Source: Gammaproteobacteria bacterium
GTDB taxonomy: Bacteria > Pseudomonadota > Gammaproteobacteria > Steroidobacterales > JBCCMA01
Assembly (NCBI GenBank): GCA_045107005.1
Contig: JBGCFP010000040.1
Span: 10,470-74,469, forward strand
DNA length: 64,000 nt
Direction of reading: 5' to 3'
The position numbers were made by a program, and so were the translations under genes. The notes below the pieces were generated by a model that was not told the origin of the DNA, ran no database searches, and saw nothing but the letters and a program-made list of their open reading frames with translations. The first letter of the stretch is position 1. Each line of letters opens with the position of its first letter. Shown in pieces: positions 29,452 through 39,250 of the stretch.

Positions 29452-30441
29452 ATGCCAAAGCAAGTTGTTTTTCACCAGACTGGCGACGCCGACGTCCTGA
29501 AACTCGAAGAGCAGGCGCTGGCCGAACCGGGCAAGGGCGAAGTGCGCATCGCCGTTGACGCCATTGGCCTGAACCGCGCGGAAGTCATGTTTCGTCGCGG
29601 CGCCTATCTCGAGCAACCCAAACTGCCTTCGCGGATCGGGTACGAAGCCTCGGGACGCATCGACGCCCTCGGCGAGGGCGTCACCGGTCTTGAGATCGGT
29701 CAGCAGGTGAGCACGATTCCTGCGTTTTCCATGACCGAATACGGCGTTTATGGCCAGAGCGCCATTGTCCCGGCTCACGTCGTTGCACCCTACCCTGAGA
29801 GTTTGAGCCCGGCCGAGGGCACGTCGATCTGGATGCAGTATCTGACCGCGTACGGCGCTCTGATTCAGTACGGCAACACCAGCAAAGGGCACCATGTCGT
29901 GATCACCGCCGCAAGCAGCAGCGTCGGCATTGCCGCCATCCAAATCGCCAACGCCGCTGGCGCAACCAGCATCGCGACCACGCGCGGACCGTCCAAAGTG
30001 CAGGCGCTCCTTGATGCCGGCGCCGATCACGTGATTGTCACCGAGAAAGAGAATCTGGTGGAGCGGGTCATGGACATCACCGGAGGCGCCGGCGCGGATC
30101 TGGTGTTTGACCCGGTCGCCGGCCCGATGCTCGACCAGCTCGCCCAAGCCACGAAGCCCGGCCGCACCGTCTATGTCTACGGTGCGCTGTCGCCCGAGCC
30201 AACGCCGTTTCCGCTGATGCCGGCGCTCGGTCGCGGCTTGTCGATTCGCGGCTACACGCTGTTCGAAGTCACCGCCAAGCCCGAAGACATGGCGCGTGCC
30301 AAGCAGTTTGTCTACGACGGGCTGGCCAGCGGTGCTTACAAACCGGTGATCGCCAAGACGTTCCCGCTCGATCAAATCGTCGAAGCGCACGAGTACATGG
30401 AGTCCAACGCGCAGTTCGGCAAGATCGTTGTTTTGACTTAG
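29452..30441 (+). CDS. NADPH:quinone oxidoreductase / zeta-crystallin-like MDR family
   Basis: MPKQVVFHQTGDADVLKLEEQALAEPGKGEVRIAVDAIGLNRAEV...HHVVITAASSSVGIAAIQIA. The 391-aa minus-strand ORF 29377..30552 is a shadow of this gene. Confidence 0.88.
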   Translation: MPKQVVFHQTGDADVLKLEEQALAEPGKGEVRIAVDAIGLNRAEVMFRRGAYLEQPKLPSRIGYEASGRIDALGEGVTGLEIGQQVSTIPAFSMTEYGVYGQSAIVPAHVVAPYPESLSPAEGTSIWMQYLTAYGALIQYGNTSKGHHVVITAASSSVGIAAIQIANAAGATSIATTRGPSKVQALLDAGADHVIVTEKENLVERVMDITGGAGADLVFDPVAGPMLDQLAQATKPGRTVYVYGALSPEPTPFPLMPALGRGLSIRGYTLFEVTAKPEDMARAKQFVYDGLASGAYKPVIAKTFPLDQIVEAHEYMESNAQFGKIVVLT

Positions 30442-30445
30442 GTTC

Positions 30446-31369
30446 GTGTACAACCTTAAGTGGTTGTCCCGGGTAGCGCGCCAGGGCTTATCCGATCTGG
30501 CGCCGTCCATTCGCCAATCGTTCAACGACAATCCGGACGACGATCGTCTCACGTTAGTCTACGGCGAGATGCCACGGCGGAACATTCTGATCATCGCGCT
30601 GCTCGGGTGGCTGGGCGGGGCGATCTTTGCGCGCGGCTTTGCACAGTGGCCTTTTATCGATCTGGTGAATTGGCCCGCCGTGGCGCTGGCCGCCATCCAC
30701 GCACTGCTGATTCGACGCTACCTGTTCGAAACCGAGCACGCGCGGCCGGACGATTTTCCGTGGCTCGCCGCGTCGATGGCACCCGCCGTCGGGCTGCTCG
30801 CTGTGTTTTCGTTCGCATCAACTTTGATCGCAGGTCCCGAGGGAACGTCCACGACCGTACTGGCATGGATCGGTACGACGTTAATTGCCCTCACCCATGC
30901 ACTGGGGGTTGCCGCCTCTTTCGCCATTGCCCTTGCTGCGCTGTGCTATCGCCCGGACTGGCCTCGCGCGCTGGTGTCGCTGGCCAAGCAGCTGTTCATG
31001 TTTCGCTTGATGGTTTTTGTGACGACGCTGATCGTCCTTGAAATCGGCATCGTCGGGCCGATTGTCTCCCAACTGCTGCAGAACATTCTGGGTTTTTCGG
31101 TGCCGGACTGGTTGCCGGATCTGTTCGATCAGCTCAGCTACGCCGGGTTGCTGGGTATTGTTTATCTGGCCGTCATCGGTGCGACGTGGACGGTATGCCG
31201 TCAGCGCTTTGGACACTTGCTCAGCAGCGGCGACGTGGACGTCCTCAGCACCGTGGCGGCGATGGCCGTGGATCCTGAAAAAAGTGCCAAAAAAGAAGCC
31301 AGGCAACTGGCCAAGCTCGAGAAGGCGGAAAAAAAGAAGCGCAAAAAGGAGTCGAAGCCGCCAGAGTGA
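30446..31369 (+). CDS. multi-pass membrane protein of unknown function with lysine-rich C-terminal tail
   Basis: At least 6 hydrophobic helices by eye. The tail is EKSAKKEARQLAKLEKAEKKKRKKESKPPE. The start is uncertain (GTG at 30446 or ATG at 30569, MPRRNIL). Confidence 0.6.
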   Translation: MYNLKWLSRVARQGLSDLAPSIRQSFNDNPDDDRLTLVYGEMPRRNILIIALLGWLGGAIFARGFAQWPFIDLVNWPAVALAAIHALLIRRYLFETEHARPDDFPWLAASMAPAVGLLAVFSFASTLIAGPEGTSTTVLAWIGTTLIALTHALGVAASFAIALAALCYRPDWPRALVSLAKQLFMFRLMVFVTTLIVLEIGIVGPIVSQLLQNILGFSVPDWLPDLFDQLSYAGLLGIVYLAVIGATWTVCRQRFGHLLSSGDVDVLSTVAAMAVDPEKSAKKEARQLAKLEKAEKKKRKKESKPPE

Positions 31370-31410
31370 CCCCGACTCGCCCGCCATCCATAAAGGCAAT
31401 AGAAACTCGG

Positions 31411-31839
31411 CTAACCGTTCACCAGCTTCATGCCTTCGTGTGCCACTTCAAGAGTTTCGATGGCAACGTCACTGCTGGTCGAGCGAAAGCGCGGCGACTT
31501 GAGCGCCACCGGCCACGCATTACGCAACCGCCAGACGACCACCGGATCGTGCTGCTCGTTGAGCGCCTGAATCGTCAAATCGCGACGTTCAACCTGATTG
31601 AGCTGGATGGTTTCAAGCCAGTCGAAGAATTCATTGTCGCCCAAAACAATGCCGCGCTTGAGCGTCACGTTTCCATGTTTCGGTAAGCCCGGCATTTTGA
31701 GCGCTGTGTACGACGGGCTGTTGCCTTCGCGGTACTCGATGATGTCATGCTCCACATCAAGCCCCGACACTTCGGTAAAGCCAAGACGCGCTCCAGCCCA
31801 CTCCACTTGAAAATGAAAGCTTGTTAATGGATAGGTCAT
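31411..31839 (-). CDS. contractile-injection-system / phage tail tube protein (T4 gp19 family, Afp1/Pvc1-like)
   Basis: MTYPLTSFHFQVEW..GFTEVSGLDVEHDIIEYREGN...NVTLKRGIV..DNEFFDWLETIQLNQVERRDLTIQAL...WRLRNAWPVALKSP. This closely follows the conserved pattern of eCIS inner-tube proteins as I remember them (PF06841 / TIGR02241). Confidence 0.85.
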   Translation of the reverse strand: MTYPLTSFHFQVEWAGARLGFTEVSGLDVEHDIIEYREGNSPSYTALKMPGLPKHGNVTLKRGIVLGDNEFFDWLETIQLNQVERRDLTIQALNEQHDPVVVWRLRNAWPVALKSPRFRSTSSDVAIETLEVAHEGMKLVNG

Positions 31840-31879
31840 GGTCCGTTTCCTTCGAGATAAATAATGGGTTTGAGATGAA

Positions 31880-32290
31880 TTACCGTTCGAGCCAAAGCAC
31901 CGCGTCGTAGCGCACTTCGACCTCTTCCATGGCTACGGCACTTTGCAGGGCGTTCAGCAACGGTCCGGACCAGCGCACCGGTCGTGCGTTCTTGAGCGCA
32001 AACCGATTGACGACGTCGCCGTCTGCGCCGTCGAGCAGCTCAATCGTTACCGGGGCCAGTGTTTGCTTGCCGAGTTTGGTGTCGCGATACCAGTCATAGA
32101 GCGTGCGGTCATCGCTCACCGCGCGCTGCAGCGTGACCGACATTCTCAGATCAGGATCCGCCTCACCGTCGAGCAGATCGTGCAAATGACTGACCGCGTG
32201 CAGCGCCACTGGTCGGTCGCCGATCTCGATACGAAAATGCGCGATCTGCGACGGCCGTTCAACGGCCCCTCCCGGTTTCAAGTTTTTCAT
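31880..32290 (-). CDS. second, more divergent tail tube-like protein (T4 gp19 family)
   Basis: FRIEIGDRPVALHAVSHL...VTLQRAVSDDRTLYDWY...VTIELLDGADGDVVNRFALKNARPVRWSGPLLNA....AMEEVEVRYDAV has the same spacing of conserved positions as the neighbouring gene. It lies 40 nt upstream of that gene on the same strand. Confidence 0.7.
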   Translation of the reverse strand: MKNLKPGGAVERPSQIAHFRIEIGDRPVALHAVSHLHDLLDGEADPDLRMSVTLQRAVSDDRTLYDWYRDTKLGKQTLAPVTIELLDGADGDVVNRFALKNARPVRWSGPLLNALQSAVAMEEVEVRYDAVLWLER

Positions 32291-32444
32291 GCTCTGGCGG
32301 ATAGGCGTACCCAGTCAGAATGACAAGCCGAATGCCGCTCAGTGTGGCGAGGATTGTGCAGCGCCGCCATCGCCCCAACGGGGGATACGGTCTTGCGCCA
32401 GGTTCTGCCGTACACTGCGCTGACATCCAAAAAGGAGATGCGCC

Positions 32445-33158
32445 ATGACAACACCTACCGCCCTGATTACCGGCGCCAGCCGCGGCATCGGCCGTGCTTG
32501 CGCGATCGGACTGGCCGCGCTGGGTTATCGCGTCGTCTTGACCGCCCGCTCCAAATCAGGACTCCAGGCAGTTGAAGATGAAATTGCACAGCTAGACGGC
32601 AGTGGCGAGACCTTGAGTTTCCCGCTCGATGTGACCGACGATTCCGCGCTGCTGGCCCTGATCGGCCTGCTCCACAAACAGGTCGGTCAGATCGACGTGC
32701 TGGTGAACAACGCGGGCATTGATGCCGACGGCACGCTGGACACCGAGCAGGCGGATTTCGACCGGCTGCTCAACACCAATCTGCGGGCGCCTTACGTGTT
32801 ACTCAAACACGTTGTACCGATGATGGAAGGTGCCGCGAATCCGTACATTTTTAATGTCGCCTCGCGCGCGGGCAAAGTGGGTTTCGCCCACGCCGGGAGC
32901 TATGGCGCCAGCAAATTTGGCTTGGTTGGCCTCAACGAATCGCTGTATCGGGAATTCGCCTCATCGCCCATTCGCGTAACCGCCATTTGTCCCGGCTGGG
33001 TCAACACCGATATGGCGCAGTCGCCCAAATGCCCGCTCGAACCGGACGACATGATTCAGGTTGAAGACATTTTCGGCACGCTCGAGTGGTTGCTGTCGCT
33101 GTCACCGCAAACCTGCGTCAAAGAAGTGCAGATTGAATGCAAAGGCAGCATCGCCTGA
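32445..33158 (+). CDS. short-chain dehydrogenase/reductase (SDR)
   Basis: ALITGASRGIGRA (TGxxxGxG), NNAG, and the catalytic YGASK. Confidence 0.88.
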   Translation: MTTPTALITGASRGIGRACAIGLAALGYRVVLTARSKSGLQAVEDEIAQLDGSGETLSFPLDVTDDSALLALIGLLHKQVGQIDVLVNNAGIDADGTLDTEQADFDRLLNTNLRAPYVLLKHVVPMMEGAANPYIFNVASRAGKVGFAHAGSYGASKFGLVGLNESLYREFASSPIRVTAICPGWVNTDMAQSPKCPLEPDDMIQVEDIFGTLEWLLSLSPQTCVKEVQIECKGSIA

Positions 33159-33172
33159 AGCGCCCGGGCCGA

Positions 33173-34801
33173 CTATTGATCGTCGGCGAATCGAAATTCG
33201 GCAAACTGATCGCGCAGATCACGCTTCTGAATTTTCCCCGTCGCCGTATGCGGCAGTTCGTCAACAAACACCACGTCGTCGGGCATCCACCACTTGGCAA
33301 TTTTGCCCTTTAAGAACCCGAGCACCGTGTCGCCCTCGACCGTGGAGCCCTCCTCGCGCACGAGAATCAGCAGCGGCCGCTCACTCCATTTCGTGTGCGG
33401 TCGACCGATCACGGCTGCTTCCGCAACGCCTTGACACCCAACGGCAACGTTTTCGATTTCGATGGATGAAATCCACTCGCCGCCCGACTTGATGACGTCT
33501 TTGGCCCGGTCGGTGATTTGCATGTAGCCCGACGGGTCGATGGTGGCGACGTCGCCGGTGTCAAACCAGCCATCAGCCGTCAGCGCCGATTCGTCACTGC
33601 GGTAGTAGCCGCTGGATACTGCGGGTCCGCGCACCAGCAGATTACCAAACGTCTCGCCGTCGCGCGGCAAGTCCTTGCCCTCACCATCGACAATTTTCAT
33701 CTCTACCAGATACGGGGTTCGACCCTGCTTTTCCTTGATCTTGAGCTGCTCGCTGCGATCGAGCTGACGGGTTGCGTGCTTGAGCGATCCGGTCGTGCCA
33801 ACGGGCGACATCTCGGTCATGCCCCAACCGTGAATGACTTCCACGTCGAAATCGTTTTCAAAACGATCGATCATCATCGGCGGGCACGCGGCCCCACCAA
33901 TGACAACGCGTTTTAGGAACGGTAGCTGGCTCGACGTCTTGTCGAGATACTGGAGCAACCCCAGCCAGACCGTGGGCACCGCAGCGCTGCACGACACCTG
34001 TTCGCCGTCGAGCAACTCGTAAATGCTCTGGCCGTCCATACCGGCGCCGGGCATGACCATTTTGGCGCCCACCATTGGCCCCGAAAAGGCCAGTGCCCAC
34101 GCGTTGGCGTGAAACATTGGCACGATGGGGAGCACAGCGTCGGAGGAATCCAGGCCAAACACGTCGGGCAAGTTGACCATCATAGCGTGCAGCACATTCG
34201 AGCGATGCGAGTACATCACGCCTTTGGGATTGCCGGTCGTCCCCGACGTGTAACACAAACCAGCCGCGTCGTTCTCATCGACGCGCAGCCACGCGATGTC
34301 ATCGTCGACGCCGTCAATCCAGTCCTCGTAAGCCACCGCGTTGGTCAGCGTCGTCGCCGGCAAATGCGCGCCGTCGGTCATGACAATCACACGTTCGAGG
34401 GTCGGCAAGTGCTCCGCCAGTTTTTCAATGATCGGCAAGAACGTCAGATCGACAAAAACGATACGATCGGCGGCGTGATTGACGATGTAAATGAGTTGCT
34501 CGGCAAACAGCCGCGGGTTCAACGTGTGACAGATTGCGCCGATACCCATGATGCCGTACCACGCTTCCACGTGACGATCGGTGTTCCACGCCAGCGTCGC
34601 GATGCGATCGCCCTTGACGATGCCCTCACGTTGCAACGCTTTGGCGACGCGCAGTGCTCGCTGGCGCATTGCCCCGAGGGTTGTGCGCCGCAACGGACCT
34701 TCCACCGAGCGCGTAACCTGCTCGCGCTCGCCGTGATTGAGCGCAGCGTGATCGATTATGGTGTGAGCCAACAACGGGTAGTCTTGCATCAGGGCGCGCA
34801 T
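33173..34801 (-). CDS. long-chain acyl-CoA synthetase / AMP-dependent ligase
   Basis: AMP-binding motif [12 protein letters not shown], plus GWGMTE and [18 protein letters not shown]. The ATG at 34801 ([11 protein letters not shown]) has GGAGA 6 nt upstream. The track ORF extends 182 codons further upstream without support. Confidence 0.9.
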   Translation of the reverse strand: MRALMQDYPLLAHTIIDHAALNHGEREQVTRSVEGPLRRTTLGAMRQRALRVAKALQREGIVKGDRIATLAWNTDRHVEAWYGIMGIGAICHTLNPRLFAEQLIYIVNHAADRIVFVDLTFLPIIEKLAEHLPTLERVIVMTDGAHLPATTLTNAVAYEDWIDGVDDDIAWLRVDENDAAGLCYTSGTTGNPKGVMYSHRSNVLHAMMVNLPDVFGLDSSDAVLPIVPMFHANAWALAFSGPMVGAKMVMPGAGMDGQSIYELLDGEQVSCSAAVPTVWLGLLQYLDKTSSQLPFLKRVVIGGAACPPMMIDRFENDFDVEVIHGWGMTEMSPVGTTGSLKHATRQLDRSEQLKIKEKQGRTPYLVEMKIVDGEGKDLPRDGETFGNLLVRGPAVSSGYYRSDESALTADGWFDTGDVATIDPSGYMQITDRAKDVIKSGGEWISSIEIENVAVGCQGVAEAAVIGRPHTKWSERPLLILVREEGSTVEGDTVLGFLKGKIAKWWMPDDVVFVDELPHTATGKIQKRDLRDQFAEFRFADDQ

Positions 34802-34942
34802 GCGTATCTCCGGTTTTGTTCGTCGGTGCAGTTTCACACGACGAGGTGCGCGCCGCCAAGTGCCAACGAGCGAACGCGGCCAATGACCCGATTGCTGTAT
34901 GGTTTGATCTTCGAATGACACTCGCCGACAGGAGTCCGTGCC

Positions 34943-35830
34943 GTGAACCATTATCAGACGATCGCCCTCACTTTTATTGCCATGGCGATGCCCCTGGCCA
35001 GCGCCGATCAGGAAATGCTGCAAAACGACGGTTTTTTCAGCGGCGCAGCCGCCACGTTTCAGGGCGGGTTTATCAGCGGCGAAGTTGCCGCGGTGCGTTT
35101 CGTGCCACAGATTCCGTGCCCGTGCGTCGTGCAGGACGTCACCGTGCTCTTCGGCGGCACGCCCGGGACAGAAGTGATGGGCGTCAGCGTGTGGGAAGAC
35201 GCGGCGAACGCGGACATACCGGGCAATCTGCTGTTCACCGGCGACGTCACACTGCAAGGCTCGAACGTCAATCTGCAGGTCATCGATCTCACGCTGACAC
35301 CGATCATCGTCAACGGTCCGTTTCGAGTTGGCCTTGAGTTCAATCACGACGGACTGCCCAGCGTCGCTACCGACAACGACGGTACTATTCTGGCCGACCA
35401 GAACTTCATCCTGGCCGATCTTGGCGGCGTGTCGTTTTGGTTTCGCTCCGCCACGCTCGGGGTGAGCGGCGACTTCATTATTCGCAGCACCGTCGATAAC
35501 CTGACTGCCGCAGACACCGACGGCGACGGTATCGCCGATGAGGCGGATAACTGCGTCGACGTCGCGAATCCTGCGCAGCTGGACACCAACAATGATGGTT
35601 ACGGCAATCAGTGCGACGCAGACCTGAACGATGACTGCGTCGTCAATGCTGCCGACCTGGGGCTGCTGCGCGCGGGATTCTTCTTGACGGCCGACGACCC
35701 GGGCTGGAACCCCGACGCTGACTTGAATGGCGACCTGGTGATCAACGTCGTGGATCTGGGCGGTTTGCGCGCGGCGTTTTTCGGCGCACCCGGACCGAGC
35801 GGTACGACCGACGTGTGCAACGTCAGGTGA
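34943..35830 (+). CDS. secreted protein with thrombospondin type-3-like and dockerin-like calcium-binding repeats
   Basis: Signal peptide MNHYQTIALTFIAMAMPLASA. It also carries DTDGDGIADEADNC and DTNNDGYGNQCD (TSP3-like). A pair DLNDDCVVNAADLGLLRAGF / DLNGDLVINVVDLGGLRAAF is dockerin/EF-hand-like. AGGAG lies before the GTG start. Confidence 0.7.
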   Translation: MNHYQTIALTFIAMAMPLASADQEMLQNDGFFSGAAATFQGGFISGEVAAVRFVPQIPCPCVVQDVTVLFGGTPGTEVMGVSVWEDAANADIPGNLLFTGDVTLQGSNVNLQVIDLTLTPIIVNGPFRVGLEFNHDGLPSVATDNDGTILADQNFILADLGGVSFWFRSATLGVSGDFIIRSTVDNLTAADTDGDGIADEADNCVDVANPAQLDTNNDGYGNQCDADLNDDCVVNAADLGLLRAGFFLTADDPGWNPDADLNGDLVINVVDLGGLRAAFFGAPGPSGTTDVCNVR

Positions 35831-37461
35831 CGACCTCCAAAGAGCAGCGCAAGCTCGCGGCGCAGCTGCGCATCGGCACTCGCTATCGGCCCAAACGCCT
35901 GGCCGGGAGTTACGACGCCGTGGTGATCGGTTCGGGCATGGGGGGATTAACCACCGCCGCCCTGCTCAGCGATCTCGGTCAACGCGTGTGCGTGCTCGAG
36001 CAGCACTACACGGCCGGTGGCTATACCCATTCCTATGAGCGCGAAGGTTACGAGTGGGATGTTGGCGTGCACTACATTGGCGACGTGGGCAGTCAGACCC
36101 GCACGAAACGCATGTTCGATCATCTATCCGATCATCAGCTTACGTGGGCGCCCATGGCCGACGAATACGATCGCTTCTACGTGGGCGATAAAGTGTTCAA
36201 TGCCATGGCTGGCAAAGACGAGTTTCGCGCTAACCTGTTGCGCCAGTTCCCGGAGGAAGGCGCGGCCATCGACGCGTATTTGGGGCTGCTCAAGCAAGCC
36301 AGCGGCGCGACCTATTCCGCTACGATGGCGCGCCTGCTAAAACCGTGGCAGCGAGCCGCGGCGGCGCCGGTATTGAAGTGGCGCACGCCCAAACTGCTTT
36401 ATCGCACGACCTGGGACGTGCTCAGCGAACTGACCGACAATCGCGATCTGATTGCAACCCTATGCGGCCAATGGGGCGACATGGGTCTGCCGCCCAAGCA
36501 GTCCGCGTTCATGATTCACGCCATGATTGCGCGTCATTACATGTTCGGCGGGTTCTACCCGGTCGGCGGCAGTTGGCAAATAGCCAAATCCATCCTGCCG
36601 AAAATTCAGTCCGCAGGTGGGGACGTGTTTACGTATGCCCGCGTCAAACAAATAGCGATCGAAGGCGGCAAAGTCAGCGGTGTGATCATGGACGACGATC
36701 ACCACATCGCCTGCGAGCAGGTGGTGTCAGCGGCCGGTGTTGCGAACACGTTTGAACATCTGCTGCCCGACAGCGCCGTGGCAAAGAGCGGTTACACGCA
36801 GAAAAAACCCAGTGTTCGTCCGAGCTTTGCGCATCTCGGTCTTTATATCGGCATCCAGAAGAGCGCCGCGGAACTCGGCTTGCCCAAAACCAATTTCTGG
36901 ATCTATCCGCACAACGATTACGACCGAGCGGTGGCCGATTTCGTCGCCGACAAAGACGCACCGTTCCCGGTTGTCTACATTTCGTTTCCGTCAGCCAAAG
37001 ACCCGGCTTACGAGAAACGACACCCCGGCACCGCGACCATTGAGGTGGTGGCTCCGGCGCCGTACGAATGGTTCAGCGCGTGGGAAGACTCCACCTGGGG
37101 CAAGCGCGGCGACGACTACGAAGCTTTCAAGGCGCAGCTGGGAGAACGCCTGATGCGCTACGTCTATGACAAACTGCCGCAGCTTGGCGGCAGCGTTGAC
37201 TACTACGAGGTGTCCACGCCGCTGTCGACCAACTGGTTCGCCGGCTACCGCCAGGGCGAACTGTACGGTCTGGATCACACGCCAGAGCGGCTGCAGCAGG
37301 ACTGGCTCGGGCCACGCACGCGCATTCCCGGCCTGTGGCTAAGCGGTCAGGACACGCTGACTTGCGGCGTTACCGGCGCCATGATGGCCGGCATGCTGAC
37401 CGCAACCGCGATGAGCGGCGTGGGGAAGATGACGCCGTTGCTAAAGCAAATCTGGGGCTAG
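35815..37461 (+). CDS. phytoene desaturase (CrtI) / retinol-saturase-like NAD(P)/FAD-dependent oxidoreductase
   Basis: YDAVVIGSGMGGLTTAALLSDLGQRVCVLEQHYTAGGYTHSY. Length is about 548 aa. The exact start is uncertain (GTG at 35815 or 35827). Confidence 0.85.
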   Translation: MQRQVTTSKEQRKLAAQLRIGTRYRPKRLAGSYDAVVIGSGMGGLTTAALLSDLGQRVCVLEQHYTAGGYTHSYEREGYEWDVGVHYIGDVGSQTRTKRMFDHLSDHQLTWAPMADEYDRFYVGDKVFNAMAGKDEFRANLLRQFPEEGAAIDAYLGLLKQASGATYSATMARLLKPWQRAAAAPVLKWRTPKLLYRTTWDVLSELTDNRDLIATLCGQWGDMGLPPKQSAFMIHAMIARHYMFGGFYPVGGSWQIAKSILPKIQSAGGDVFTYARVKQIAIEGGKVSGVIMDDDHHIACEQVVSAAGVANTFEHLLPDSAVAKSGYTQKKPSVRPSFAHLGLYIGIQKSAAELGLPKTNFWIYPHNDYDRAVADFVADKDAPFPVVYISFPSAKDPAYEKRHPGTATIEVVAPAPYEWFSAWEDSTWGKRGDDYEAFKAQLGERLMRYVYDKLPQLGGSVDYYEVSTPLSTNWFAGYRQGELYGLDHTPERLQQDWLGPRTRIPGLWLSGQDTLTCGVTGAMMAGMLTATAMSGVGKMTPLLKQIWG

Positions 37462-37973
37462 TTTTTAGAGTCGAGCAGCCGGCGGCGCGCCGCCTTTAGC
37501 AGGGCGGTCGAATAAACCTTGTGGACGGGCATCGCCGCGCGCACGGCCCAACCCAGTTTGCCCTCATCTTTGTTTCCGGGTACCACAGCAGAACCAAACA
37601 ACAGGCGGGTCTGACCCGATGGCGTTATGGGTTCGACCATGAACCACGAGCGCGTCTTCGCGTGCATGTCGCACATCAGAAGTTGACGCTCAGCGCGTTG
37701 CTCGACGGTCCACGCCGCAAACGCATCGATGGCGCCGCTGGCGACATCCCGCGCGTTCTGATCCGTTGACGGCCGGTCAACGACAAGCTTCAGTAACCAG
37801 CGCTCCAGCCCGAACAAGCGCGTAGTGTAAAACGCGTGGACAAAATCGGCGAGACTGACTCGTTGATCAACGACGGTCGCGTAGCAATCCGTGTAACCGC
37901 CCGCTCGCTGGTCGCGATGGTACTGACGCAATAACGCCTCGTCAGGCAGTTCGAGACGCGCAATTTCGGTCAT
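37458..37973 (-). CDS. hypothetical protein (family not recognised with confidence)
   Basis: A 171-aa ORF with a coding-like composition, positioned 2 nt downstream of metY on the same strand. I recognise no motif. Confidence 0.55.
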   Translation of the reverse strand: MTEIARLELPDEALLRQYHRDQRAGGYTDCYATVVDQRVSLADFVHAFYTTRLFGLERWLLKLVVDRPSTDQNARDVASGAIDAFAAWTVEQRAERQLLMCDMHAKTRSWFMVEPITPSGQTRLLFGSAVVPGNKDEGKLGWAVRAAMPVHKVYSTALLKAARRRLLDSKN

Positions 37974-37975
37974 GC

Positions 37976-39250
37976 TTAGCCCGACGCGTCGAGCGCTTGA
38001 TCAAGATCCGCCAGAATGTCGTCGATGTGCTCAATGCCTATACACAGACGAATCATGTCGGGTGTCACGCCAGCCGACGCCATCTCGTCCTCGGACAGCT
38101 GTCGATGCGTAGTCGATGCCGGGTGCGCCGCCAGTGATTTTACGTCGCCAATGTTAACCAGCCGCAGGAACATTTCCAGTGCGTCGTAAAACTTCACACC
38201 CGCGTCGAACCCGCCCTTGATGCCAAAGTTCAGCAAGGCAGACGGCCTGCCGTTGGTGTATTTCTTCGCCAGGTCAAAGTACGGCGAATTTTCAAGGCCC
38301 GCGTAGTTGACCCACGCGACGCGCGGATGGCTCGCCAGATGTTTTGCCACGGCGATGGCGTTATCGCAGTGGCGCTCCATCCGCAGCGGCAGCGTCTGCA
38401 TGCCTTGCAGGATGTTGAACGCGTTCATAGGACTCAACGCCGAGCCGGTGTTGCGTAACGCCACCGTGCGCACGCGACCGATGTAAGCGGCCGGGCCGAG
38501 CGCTTCGGTGTAAACCACACCGTGATACGACGCTTCGGGTGTCGTGAGCATGTGGAACCGCTCCGCATGATCCGTCCATGGAAACTGCCCGCCGTCGACA
38601 ATCATGCCGCCCAGTGTGTTGCCGTGACCGGCCATGTATTTGGTCAGTGAATTGACCACCACGTCGGCGCCCCACGCAATGGGTTTGATCAACGCGGGCG
38701 TCGCGACTGTGTTATCGACGATAAGCGGGACGCCGTGCGCGTGCGCCATGTCGGCCAGCGCTGCAATATCCACAACATTGCCAGCGGGGTTGCCGATGCT
38801 CTCGCAAAAGACCGCCGTCGTTTTGTCGTCAATCAGAGGCGCCATCGCGTCGACGGTGTCGTCGGCCGCAAATCGACAGTCAATACCAAGCTTGGGCAAC
38901 ATGTGCTTGAACAACGTGTAGGTACCGCCGTAAACCGTGGGCACAGTCACGATGTTGTTGCCCTGTTCGGCAATGTTCTGCACCGCGTAAGTGACCGCTG
39001 CGCTGCCCGCCGACAGGCCGAGACCGGCGACACCGCCGTCCAGTTGCGCACAGCGTTGCTCGAGCACGTCGACGGTTGGGTTCATGATGCGCGAATAGAT
39101 GTTCCCCGGCACCGCGAGATTAAACAAATCGGCACCGTGCTGCGCGTCGTCGAATTCGTAAGCCACGGTTTGATAAATGGGGACGGCCGTCGCCTTGGTC
39201 TCAGGGTCGGCTTTGAAGCCCGCGTGAATTGCAAGCGTCTGGTCTTTCAT
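37976..39250 (-). CDS. metY: O-acetylhomoserine aminocarboxypropyltransferase (sulfhydrylase), PLP-dependent
   Basis: MKDQTLAIHAGFKADPETKATAVPIYQTVAYEFDD and the PLP-lysine region VVNSLTKYMAGHG. The ATG at 39250 overlaps the metA stop (ATGA). Confidence 0.9.
   Translation of the reverse strand: MKDQTLAIHAGFKADPETKATAVPIYQTVAYEFDDAQHGADLFNLAVPGNIYSRIMNPTVDVLEQRCAQLDGGVAGLGLSAGSAAVTYAVQNIAEQGNNIVTVPTVYGGTYTLFKHMLPKLGIDCRFAADDTVDAMAPLIDDKTTAVFCESIGNPAGNVVDIAALADMAHAHGVPLIVDNTVATPALIKPIAWGADVVVNSLTKYMAGHGNTLGGMIVDGGQFPWTDHAERFHMLTTPEASYHGVVYTEALGPAAYIGRVRTVALRNTGSALSPMNAFNILQGMQTLPLRMERHCDNAIAVAKHLASHPRVAWVNYAGLENSPYFDLAKKYTNGRPSALLNFGIKGGFDAGVKFYDALEMFLRLVNIGDVKSLAAHPASTTHRQLSEDEMASAGVTPDMIRLCIGIEHIDDILADLDQALDASG

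Noticed and set aside
29377-30552. 391-aa minus-strand ORF
   Set aside because: It is an antisense shadow of the quinone oxidoreductase gene 29452..30441, which has clear MDR-family motifs. The shadow has none.
34802-35347. 182-codon N-terminal extension of the acyl-CoA ligase ORF (track start 35347)
   Set aside because: The extension has no family similarity and overlaps the divergent secreted-protein gene. An ATG with a GGAGA Shine-Dalgarno sequence at 34801 gives the canonical ligase N-terminus.
37458-37461. Convergent genes sharing a 4-nt CTAG that forms the stop codon of each
   Set aside because: This is a real but trivial consequence of the palindromic CTAG and has no functional implication that I can support.
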